Shown one piece after another: positions 54,803 through 62,694 of a stretch of DNA of 64,000 nucleotides. The translations under genes and the position numbers were made by a program. The notes beneath the pieces are model-generated. The model was not told where the DNA came from and searched no databases. It saw only the letters and a program-made list of their open reading frames with translations. The stretch spans positions 136,163-200,162 of the forward strand of contig CAYORN010000004.1 in assembly GCA_964406405.1 (NCBI GenBank), read 5' to 3'. Each line of letters starts with the position of its first letter. Position 1 is the stretch's first letter. The stretch is from an uncultured Alphaproteobacteria bacterium. GTDB lineage: Bacteria > Electryoneota > RPQS01.

Positions 54803-56353
54803 CTATTTCAGCAGGACGATTTTCACGGGCGGGACGGTGGACTTCGCCAGCGTGACGAAGTAGACGCCCGATGCCAGACCTTCTCCGGACAGCGTAACGT
54901 GTTGAGTGCCGGGATGAAGTTTGGCGGTGAAGGAGCGGGCCAGCCGCCCGGTGACATCGTACAAGCGGATCTCCTGCGGCATGGAAACCGCGCTCGCGAT
55001 CTCCAGCCTGATCTCGGAGTTGAAGGGATTCGGATAGGCTGCCTCGATGCGAATCTCACGAGGGATAGATCCCGTCGGCGGCTCCACACTCAGCGGGTCG
55101 AAGATCACGGTGTAGTTGCCGCTTGGCCGCATTGCCAAGGTGAGCGTGTCGTTGGCATAGACAAAGGGGAAGTTTGTGCCGTTACGCCGCACCTGAAGTA
55201 CGGCGGTCGGCAAGCCGGTGAAGCGGACGGTCACGAGCGGAATTGCAAGGGAGTCGCGATTGATCCAATGCCCGGTCAACGAATCGTAATCCCACCACGG
55301 AAGGGCGAATTCGATGTCGATCGCGGCAATGTTGCGGATGAGATTGATATTCAGCTGTCGTGCGGCCCAGTCGTAATTCGCGCCGTAACGTCCGAAAACA
55401 TGATTCGTGTCTGCCAGCGTGACTCGCGTCCAATAGTATTCATCGCTTTCGTCGGCGTTGATGGAAAGTTCGTGGGGAAAGCGATTCACGGAGAATCCGG
55501 ACAGCCAGTTGAGCGTGCTGTCCGTGCGCAAGTTGGGCCAGCCATGTGTGGCTAAGCCCGAACAGGCGACGAAGGTCGTTTCGGCGTTGTCGGCTTGTCT
55601 CAGAGTGTCCCATCGTTGAGCGGGATGTCCATAAGCAAACCACTCCGCTGACCAGCTCGAGTCGGTAGTTCCCCAGCGGGCATAGCACGGAAGATGAAGG
55701 CTGTTAAAGTGCATCGACTGAGAGGTGTCTTCCAAGTGAACGGCGCTGGTGCGATGATACTCGAAATCCACGGCTGCGCTGGTATCGGGAATGCCGCCGA
55801 AGGCCTCAATCATGGCATTGTTGATGTGGCCGGAATCAATATACTGGTGCTGGCGCAATTCACAATCCAGAATGGGAGAACCTCCGGCAGCAGCCGCGAG
55901 GGGATAACTCAATATGCCGCAGTGGTTGTTGTGCCAGATGAATCCCGCCGCGGCGCCCATGGAACTCCCGACCATATATACGGAATCGCGGCTGAACGGG
56001 TAGTTGTCCATGATCCAGTCCAGCATTGTACGGCAATGATTCTGGGCGATGCGGCCATTATAGTGATGAGTGTTGGGGCCGCCGGTATGACATGCGCCAA
56101 TCCAGTGCCGCGCATTGAGCGAATCCGCCCAGCCGTCGGCTCCCAGCAGCTCGTGCCGGTCGCCTCCATAGCCATGCCACCATGAGAGTATAGCCGGTGG
56201 ATTCGCCGGATCATATCCTTCCGGAATCTGAACCCAGAAGTAGTTCGTGTCACCTTCAGAGATCACAACGGAGGTGTCAATCCGTACCGGTTGGGCGGGC
56301 AGCATAGTGGTGAACCCGGCCAGCAGAAAGAGCAAAAAGAGCACGACGTGCAT
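54803..56353 (-). CDS. Secreted alpha/beta-hydrolase (esterase-like) with a T9SS type-A C-terminal sorting domain
   Basis: Signal MHVVLFLLFLLAGFTTMLPAQ and a GxSxG-type nucleophile elbow (MVGSSMGAAAG). The C-terminus YPNPFNSEIRLEI...IRLYDVTGRLARSF...GTQHVTLSGEGLASGVYFVTL......KIVLLK is the Por/T9SS CTD pattern. Confidence 0.8.
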   Translation of the reverse strand: MHVVLFLLFLLAGFTTMLPAQPVRIDTSVVISEGDTNYFWVQIPEGYDPANPPAILSWWHGYGGDRHELLGADGWADSLNARHWIGACHTGGPNTHHYNGRIAQNHCRTMLDWIMDNYPFSRDSVYMVGSSMGAAAGFIWHNNHCGILSYPLAAAAGGSPILDCELRQHQYIDSGHINNAMIEAFGGIPDTSAAVDFEYHRTSAVHLEDTSQSMHFNSLHLPCYARWGTTDSSWSAEWFAYGHPAQRWDTLRQADNAETTFVACSGLATHGWPNLRTDSTLNWLSGFSVNRFPHELSINADESDEYYWTRVTLADTNHVFGRYGANYDWAARQLNINLIRNIAAIDIEFALPWWDYDSLTGHWINRDSLAIPLVTVRFTGLPTAVLQVRRNGTNFPFVYANDTLTLAMRPSGNYTVIFDPLSVEPPTGSIPREIRIEAAYPNPFNSEIRLEIASAVSMPQEIRLYDVTGRLARSFTAKLHPGTQHVTLSGEGLASGVYFVTLAKSTVPPVKIVLLK

Positions 56354-56388
56354 GCGAGATCTCCTTCTTGATTGAGATGCTTATGGGC

Positions 56389-57975
56389 TTAGAAACGATA
56401 GCCGACCTCGGCAAACCCGCGGTTGGCGTCGAGGCCGTCGCCGCGGTAGATTTCGCCGTACAGCGAGCCGTAGATATGACGCGTGAGATTCCAATCGGCG
56501 TTCAGGCGAATCCATTGATTGCTCAGGTCAGTGCCGGACTGAGTAATTGTATAGTCGTTGCGGCCGACCTCGAAAGTCAGACGAACTTGAGAAACAATAT
56601 TGCGGGAAAGTGTGAGGGTGGGCTGGAACCCTTTGCTGTAGCTGCTCTCGAAGATCGCGACTCGCACATCGGACTGCAAGCCGGGGGCCATCAGGCTATA
56701 GCTGCCGACGCCGCCGGATGCGCTGCGGGTCTCGGTACCCTCGTTCTGCTTGGTGCGAATGCCGGCGTCCGCCGACGCGTAGAGCTTGGTCGAGAATTTC
56801 ACATTCGTTCCCAATCTCCAGCCCTGCCGCAAAGCGTCGTCAAATAAGCTATCGGGAGTGTTGCGGGTTTCGTAGGTACGGTAGTTTGTGCGGTTGTCGT
56901 AGCTCAGCGTTGTCGAAAGCCACGTGAGCGGCGAGTAGCGCGCGTTAAGGAGAATGTTGGTCAGCTCGAGCGTGGAGCCTTCCGCGTCCCGGCGCCAGCC
57001 GCGGTTGATGTTCATCTCCGCGCTCTGGTACATGTACAGCTTCTGCATCGCATACGAGACTTGCTCGTAGAGGAACTCGCGGCTGATCTGCCCGGTGAAG
57101 TAATTTCCGGCCAGCGCCAGCGTGCCGCTCAGCTGCGTCGTGGCGTAGCTGCCGCGCTCATAGGCGGCAAACACGCCGCCCTTCGTGGCGTCGCCGTTGA
57201 CGTCGTAGGTACGCAGGTCCGGCTGCGCTCCACCGAACATGCCGACGGACCAGCTTCCGTTCATGCGGTAATCAAGCATGGCGCCGTCGAGATAGCCGAT
57301 GCCGCTCATGCGGTTCGACAGCAATCGCCCGGCGCTGTAGTGCAATCGCGTTTCGGGGTTATTGTAGTACAGACCAAACTCATACACGCGGTGCGTCCAG
57401 TCTTCATCGGGGCCGTGCGCACGATCGGTTTTGCGGCTTCGCGTTCTGATGCTCAACGTGTGTTGCGAGCCGAGCAGATTATTCACCTGCATGCGCAGGG
57501 CGAAGGCCGGTTCAACGTAATCGTTGCCGCTGAGACTGCGATCATCCTGTGATAGCGCCTGTACGCTGGCGCGGCCCGTGACGCGGTTGCTTTTCACGCG
57601 CGCGGATTTTTTCGGCTGCGGAACGGGCGGGGGCACCACCGGAGAAGGCGACGTCGTTCCTGAGTCCGGTTTGATTTCTTTCACCGGCGGCGTGATCTGC
57701 ATGACCACGCGGTCGCCGACCTGCGGTGTGGTTGTGCTCTCGATGAACTTACAGGACGCCGAATTCTCCGCGAGAAATTCCACTTCCACCCGCGCGATGA
57801 CGGAGTCACCGTGGAAGACTTCGCCCTGATCGCCCTTCTGGAGACCCTGCGCAGCGCCAGCATCGAGGTAAACGGACGAGGCGGCGACGTACTTCACGGC
57901 GGTTTCGAACGGCATGCCGAAACCAAGGCCCGAGAACAGCGCCAGAAAAACGATTACAAGTGCTGAGCGTTTCAT
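56389..57975 (-). CDS. Outer-membrane beta-barrel protein (porin-like) with an N-terminal soluble domain and a Pro-rich linker
   Basis: Signal MKRSALVIVFLALFSGLGFG, a ~85-aa domain, and the linker TPPVKEIKPDSGTTSPSPVVPPPVPQPKK. About 400 aa of alternating-polarity strands rich in Y/G/N/S/R follow, ending ...GFAEVGYRF (aromatic C-terminal residue). Start set to the ATG at 57975 (GGAGAG RBS). Confidence 0.7.
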   Translation of the reverse strand: MKRSALVIVFLALFSGLGFGMPFETAVKYVAASSVYLDAGAAQGLQKGDQGEVFHGDSVIARVEVEFLAENSASCKFIESTTTPQVGDRVVMQITPPVKEIKPDSGTTSPSPVVPPPVPQPKKSARVKSNRVTGRASVQALSQDDRSLSGNDYVEPAFALRMQVNNLLGSQHTLSIRTRSRKTDRAHGPDEDWTHRVYEFGLYYNNPETRLHYSAGRLLSNRMSGIGYLDGAMLDYRMNGSWSVGMFGGAQPDLRTYDVNGDATKGGVFAAYERGSYATTQLSGTLALAGNYFTGQISREFLYEQVSYAMQKLYMYQSAEMNINRGWRRDAEGSTLELTNILLNARYSPLTWLSTTLSYDNRTNYRTYETRNTPDSLFDDALRQGWRLGTNVKFSTKLYASADAGIRTKQNEGTETRSASGGVGSYSLMAPGLQSDVRVAIFESSYSKGFQPTLTLSRNIVSQVRLTFEVGRNDYTITQSGTDLSNQWIRLNADWNLTRHIYGSLYGEIYRGDGLDANRGFAEVGYRF

Positions 57976-57995
57976 ATGAAGTCTCTCCATGTGCG

Positions 57996-60371
57996 CTATT
58001 TCTGATTTGAACGCGGTATCGGGTGACGGAGGCCGCCACCGCCACCCGTGGGGTGGCAATTGTAGCAGGCGCTACTCTGGTAGACATATCCCTGCACGTC
58101 GGAGTGTTCCTCATCCATGTCATTCTGGTGATGACACGTGATGCAAGTGAACTCGCCGAAATTATTCGGGTTCGAATGGCAATCGGCGCAGGTATTCCAC
58201 TCGCCCTCATGGCGCCCGGAGTAGATTGGGAACCACTGCTGATCGTGATTGAACTGCGCCGGAGTCCAACCGGAGGTGCTGTGACAGTCCTGACAGGTTG
58301 TGGGGAAGCCCGCAGCCTGATGGTTTGGATTATTTGAACCGTTGTAATCTGCCTGATGGCAGAACGCGCATGCGGTGGGCGTATTCTGGTACTGGCCGTT
58401 GACGTGGCAGGCGACACAACTCACGCTGACATGCGCGCCCGTCAAGGGAAACTGCGTCTGGCTGTGATCGAAGGTGGCCGGCGACCACGCCGCGGTCGTA
58501 TGGCACTCGGCGCACGCATGACTAAACTGATTCGACACGTGATTCGGATCCGCCACACCGTCGTAATCCTGCTGGTGGCAGGCATAGCAGTCGGTCGGCG
58601 TATTCTGATATTGACCGTTGACATGACACGATGCGCAATTGGCGTTAATATGCGCTCCGGTGAGCGGGAACTGCGTTTGATTGTGATCGAAGGTCGAAGG
58701 CGTCCAAGCCGCCGTCGTGTGACACTGCGCGCAATCGTGGCTGAACTGATTGCTGACGTGATTGGGATTCGTGGCGCCCTCGTAATGCGTTTGATGGCAC
58801 GACCAGCAATCCGTCGGCGTGTTATTGAACTGTCCATTGATATGACACTGCGCGCAGTTGAGACTCACATGCGCCCCAGTCAGCGGAAAGTCAGTTCCGC
58901 CATGATCAAAGCTCGCCGGCGACCAGGCGATGTCCGTATGGCATTGAGCGCAAGCATGATCAAGATTCCCCGCCACATGATTGGGGTCCTGCGCGCCTTC
59001 GAAGTCGGTCTGGTGACAAGCCCAGCAGTCCGTAGGAGTGTTCGCATACTGCCCGTTCACGTGGCAGGCCTGACACGTGGCGGCGATGTGCGCGCCGGTC
59101 AGCGGAAAGGCTGTCTGATCATGACTAAAGGTCGAGGGCTGCCAAGCGGACGTGGTGTGGCATTCTGCACAGCTCTGGCTGAATTGTGCAGCGGCGTGCT
59201 CCGGTTCCGTTGCGTTCTGATAATCCTGTTGGTGACAGGAGTAACAGGCTGTCGGGATTCCGGTGTATTGCCCGCCGACGTGGCACTCGGCGCAGGATAC
59301 TGCAACATGCGCACCAGTCAGCGGGAAAGCAGATTGTGAATGATCGAACGAAGCGGGGGCCCAGCCGTCCGTGCTATGACAGCTTGAGCAATTGTGATCG
59401 TAGTTGCCGGCCACGTGATTCGGATTCGTCGTGCCGGTGTAATGGGCTTCATGGCAATCGTAGCACGCGCTCGAGGCGCCGGTGTACTGCCCGTTGGCGT
59501 GGCACTGAGCGCAATCTACCGTGGCGTGCGCGCCGGTCAGCGGAAACCCGGACAAGTTGTGATCGAACGACGCCGGCTGCCAGCCATCAATCGTGTGACA
59601 TCCGGCGCAGTCATGACTGAACTGATTGTTGACGTGCTCGGGATTCGACGCGCCGGTATAGCTGGCTTCATGGCAATCGTAGCACACACTGGACGTGTTG
59701 ACGTAGCCACTCGTGTGACAAGCGGCGCACGTTGGCGACGCATGACCGGCGATCAGCGGGAAGGAAGCCGCGTGCGTGAATTTCGCATCGGTCCAGCTTG
59801 CCGCGACGATGTTGTGGCAGTCCTCACACTTTATCGAGAAGCCAGCCGCCGCATGCGCGGGACTCGTTGTCTGCTGATAGGTGGCCATATGACAGCCCTG
59901 GCAATTCACCGGGACGTTAACGTATTGTCCGTTCGCATGGCACTGCTGGCAATCGAGCGATGCGTGCACGCCGACGAGCGGGAAGCGCATCTGCTGGTGC
60001 CGCGCGAGCATTTGCTCTTGATTATTCCAGGTCTGCTGCGTGTGGCACTCCTCGCATGAATTCTGCGCAAACTGTCCGCGATGAACGTCCAAGTGGCAGT
60101 CCTTGCAAGCGGTCCCCGCTTCAACGAACACGGGATTCGCGTGGCAGGCAATGCAGGCGACAGAGACATGCCGGTCCATCAACGGAAACTTCGTTCGCTG
60201 ATGATCGAACTGCATATCAGGCCGCATCTGCGTCCAGCCCTCCGTCGTATGACAGGAGTTGCAGGTGACGGTCAGCGGACCATGCGGATTCTCCACGTCA
60301 GCCCAGGCGACAGTTGTGATCAGCAGGGCGAGCGGGGCGAAAAGGAGAAAGCAGATCTTAGCGAGGTTCAT
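57996..60371 (-). CDS. Multiheme c-type cytochrome, 31 CxxCH motifs
   Basis: 791 aa with signal MNLAKICFLLFAPLALLITTVAWA. I counted 31 CxxCH by hand. Built largely from tandem triheme modules. Confidence 0.9.
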   Translation of the reverse strand: MNLAKICFLLFAPLALLITTVAWADVENPHGPLTVTCNSCHTTEGWTQMRPDMQFDHQRTKFPLMDRHVSVACIACHANPVFVEAGTACKDCHLDVHRGQFAQNSCEECHTQQTWNNQEQMLARHQQMRFPLVGVHASLDCQQCHANGQYVNVPVNCQGCHMATYQQTTSPAHAAAGFSIKCEDCHNIVAASWTDAKFTHAASFPLIAGHASPTCAACHTSGYVNTSSVCYDCHEASYTGASNPEHVNNQFSHDCAGCHTIDGWQPASFDHNLSGFPLTGAHATVDCAQCHANGQYTGASSACYDCHEAHYTGTTNPNHVAGNYDHNCSSCHSTDGWAPASFDHSQSAFPLTGAHVAVSCAECHVGGQYTGIPTACYSCHQQDYQNATEPEHAAAQFSQSCAECHTTSAWQPSTFSHDQTAFPLTGAHIAATCQACHVNGQYANTPTDCWACHQTDFEGAQDPNHVAGNLDHACAQCHTDIAWSPASFDHGGTDFPLTGAHVSLNCAQCHINGQFNNTPTDCWSCHQTHYEGATNPNHVSNQFSHDCAQCHTTAAWTPSTFDHNQTQFPLTGAHINANCASCHVNGQYQNTPTDCYACHQQDYDGVADPNHVSNQFSHACAECHTTAAWSPATFDHSQTQFPLTGAHVSVSCVACHVNGQYQNTPTACAFCHQADYNGSNNPNHQAAGFPTTCQDCHSTSGWTPAQFNHDQQWFPIYSGRHEGEWNTCADCHSNPNNFGEFTCITCHHQNDMDEEHSDVQGYVYQSSACYNCHPTGGGGGLRHPIPRSNQK
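58254..59780 (-). repeat. Seven tandem in-frame 71-73-codon repeats, each encoding a triheme module
   Basis: aa 198-706. Consensus: FDH.QT.FPLTGAH....C..CHVNGQY.NTPT.C..CHQ.DY.G...PNHV.NQFSH.CA.CHTT.AW.P(A/S)(S/T). The unit boundaries were counted by hand. Confidence 0.85.
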
Positions 60372-60428
60372 GTTGCGCCTCTGTATGGCGGCTTGTTTGC
60401 GTTCTCGAGGGTGCGGGGGGACGCGTAC

Positions 60429-62135
60429 TTAGTTCGTATTCTTCACTTGATGGGTGCCGTGGCAGTCCGCGCACTCCATTTTCAGCGGGCGATAGACGAT
60501 GAATTGCACATTGTCGGCGCCCACGCTCGGCTTATGGCACGCGGCGCAAGCGACTTTGGCGTGCGCGCCGTCGAGCTTGTAGCGGGAGTCGGTGTTATGA
60601 ACAAACTTCGGTTCTTTCCATCCCAGCGGGGAGTGGCAGCGCTGACAGTCCGTGGAGGTCTCGTTCAACTCGGAACGCACGAACTGGCCTTGATGCAGAT
60701 CCTTGTGGCACGTATTGCACTCGACCGCGATAGGCTTCATCCACGTCACCTTCTCATCGGTGCCGATCTTCTTGACCGTGTGGCAGGAGAGGCAGGGAGC
60801 TTCGCGGTGCTTGCCCTCGAGCACGAACCGGCTGAGCTTGTGGTCGAAGGTGGTGCGGTGCCACGTTTCAGTTGTGTGACAATACTCACAGCCGCTCTGC
60901 GCGGTCCATTTATCAAGCTGTCCCTGATGCGGATCTTTGTGGCAGCCCTTGCACGTCAGGTCAGCGAAATCATACTTGGCATGCGGTTTCGCATTACCGT
61001 TGGCGATCGGCGTATGGCAAACGAAACAGGGCACGGCGAGATGACTGCCGGTCAGCGGATAGCGGCACTGCTGATGGTTCTCCAGCGTAAACTTCGCGCC
61101 GACAAACCCATCCACCGCGTGGCAGCTCTCACACTTGCCTTTATCCTGCCGATCGGCAAACTGTTTATGATGCGCGTCCTTGTGGCAGTCGCTGCAGAGC
61201 GCGAACGCGAGCGGCTCGGTCATCTTGCCGGTGGCGTGGCACTTTGCGCAACCCACAGAGACGTGCTTGCCGAGGAGCGGATAGTCGGTCTTCTTATGAT
61301 CGAAGAGCTTGCCGACGATTTGCTGAAAGCTCGCCGTCGTGTGGCAGTCCTGACAGTTCGGTCCGAACCTATTCTTATGCGGGTCCGTGTGGCAGGGCGT
61401 GCAATTGGAGAAGTTCAGACCGACATATCGGGCGGCAAAGCCCACGTTCTCTTTTTTGGCAATCCGGCTCGCATCGGGTACCGCCACCGTTTCCAGCAGG
61501 TGACACTTGGCGCAATCTGCCTGCTGATGCTTGCCCGTAAGCGGATACTTCGTCCTATCGTGCGAAAACTTTTCGGCCGGCTTCCAGGCGTTGAAACTGT
61601 GGCAGCTCGCGCAGTCGTTGCTCATCTGCTCGCCGTGCTCGGCCGCATGGCAACTCAGACAGGCGGCGCTCAGACCGAGATAGCTTGTAAGCGCATTGAT
61701 GCTCTTGTCCGAGCGAACTGCGTCCGACGTGAACTCAGGTTTGTGGCAATTCCGACAGCCGGTCTTGGCATGCGCGCCGGTGAGCGGGTAGCCGGTCAAG
61801 CTGTGGTCAAACTGATCCTTGCCTTGCGTCCAGTGCACCAATTCAAACTCGCGGCCGTTGTGGTCGGAGTGGCAGTGCCCGCAGGTGCCGGCCTTGACTT
61901 CGGATGAGTTGTGGTATCCGGCTCCGGCTTCGATGCGAGATTTAAGAACCGTGTGGCACGTCAGACACTTGGCGCTCGACAGCTCTTTGCCGAGTTCGTG
62001 GCACAAAGTGCAGTTCGACAGCCCTTCGAGCTTTTCGTGAGACTGGGAGAGCTTGCCGGGCGAGATCTGCGCCCACGCGGAGCAAACAAAAGCGAAAAGC
62101 AAAAAGCAAGAAAGCAGACAGAGCAGCCGCTTCAT
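60429..62135 (-). CDS. Multiheme c-type cytochrome, 20 CxxCH motifs
   Basis: 568 aa with signal MKRLLCLLSCFLLFAFVCSAWA. 20 CxxCH counted by hand, with a recurring F.H....YPL.G.H....C..CH ... C..CHKD.H.GQF pattern. Confidence 0.9.
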   Translation of the reverse strand: MKRLLCLLSCFLLFAFVCSAWAQISPGKLSQSHEKLEGLSNCTLCHELGKELSSAKCLTCHTVLKSRIEAGAGYHNSSEVKAGTCGHCHSDHNGREFELVHWTQGKDQFDHSLTGYPLTGAHAKTGCRNCHKPEFTSDAVRSDKSINALTSYLGLSAACLSCHAAEHGEQMSNDCASCHSFNAWKPAEKFSHDRTKYPLTGKHQQADCAKCHLLETVAVPDASRIAKKENVGFAARYVGLNFSNCTPCHTDPHKNRFGPNCQDCHTTASFQQIVGKLFDHKKTDYPLLGKHVSVGCAKCHATGKMTEPLAFALCSDCHKDAHHKQFADRQDKGKCESCHAVDGFVGAKFTLENHQQCRYPLTGSHLAVPCFVCHTPIANGNAKPHAKYDFADLTCKGCHKDPHQGQLDKWTAQSGCEYCHTTETWHRTTFDHKLSRFVLEGKHREAPCLSCHTVKKIGTDEKVTWMKPIAVECNTCHKDLHQGQFVRSELNETSTDCQRCHSPLGWKEPKFVHNTDSRYKLDGAHAKVACAACHKPSVGADNVQFIVYRPLKMECADCHGTHQVKNTN

Positions 62136-62145
62136 GAAGAAATTG

Positions 62146-62694
62146 CTAATTCAGTTTCGTGAGCGATTGCTTCGCAAACAGAGCGAGCGTGTCCTGCGGG
62201 TGCGCGGCGATCAGTTTTTCCCAATGCATCTTTGCCAGACCCGGCTGCCCCGTATTGGCTTCAATCGCGCCCATGTTGTATAAGGCGCCGGCGTGATCCG
62301 GCTGCCGGTCCAGAATCCATTGAAGCTCCGCTTTCGCCTCGACCGGCTTGTTCATCGCATAAAGCGATTTCGCCACGTCGAGACGCACTTCCCAGCCGGT
62401 CGAGGAGGTGTCGAGCTTCAGGAACTCGCGATAGTATTGAAGGGCTTTCACATGCTCACCCTCCTCGGCGTAGAGATTGCCCAGTTGCAGCGCGATCGGG
62501 GCATGATTCGGATGCTCCTTCCACATCTGCTCCATCATCGTGATCTCGGTGTGCGGGTCTTTGTCGTCCATCTGGTCCAGCGCCTGCGGAACAGACGTCT
62601 TGCTGCCGCCCATGTACAGTGAGGCAATCACGGCAATGACCACGGCCACTCCCGCGACGAAGCCCCACGCCCGCGCATTGGATCGTTGCGCCAT
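62146..62694 (-). CDS. Membrane-anchored TPR protein (NrfG/CcmI-like in architecture)
   Basis: 182 aa with one N-terminal TM (WGFVAGVAVVIAVIASLYMG) and then about 3 TPR units (ALQLGNLYAEEGEHVKALQYYREFLKLD..., AGALYNMGAIEANTGQ...). TAATG overlap with the upstream gene. Confidence 0.65.
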   Translation of the reverse strand: MAQRSNARAWGFVAGVAVVIAVIASLYMGGSKTSVPQALDQMDDKDPHTEITMMEQMWKEHPNHAPIALQLGNLYAEEGEHVKALQYYREFLKLDTSSTGWEVRLDVAKSLYAMNKPVEAKAELQWILDRQPDHAGALYNMGAIEANTGQPGLAKMHWEKLIAAHPQDTLALFAKQSLTKLN

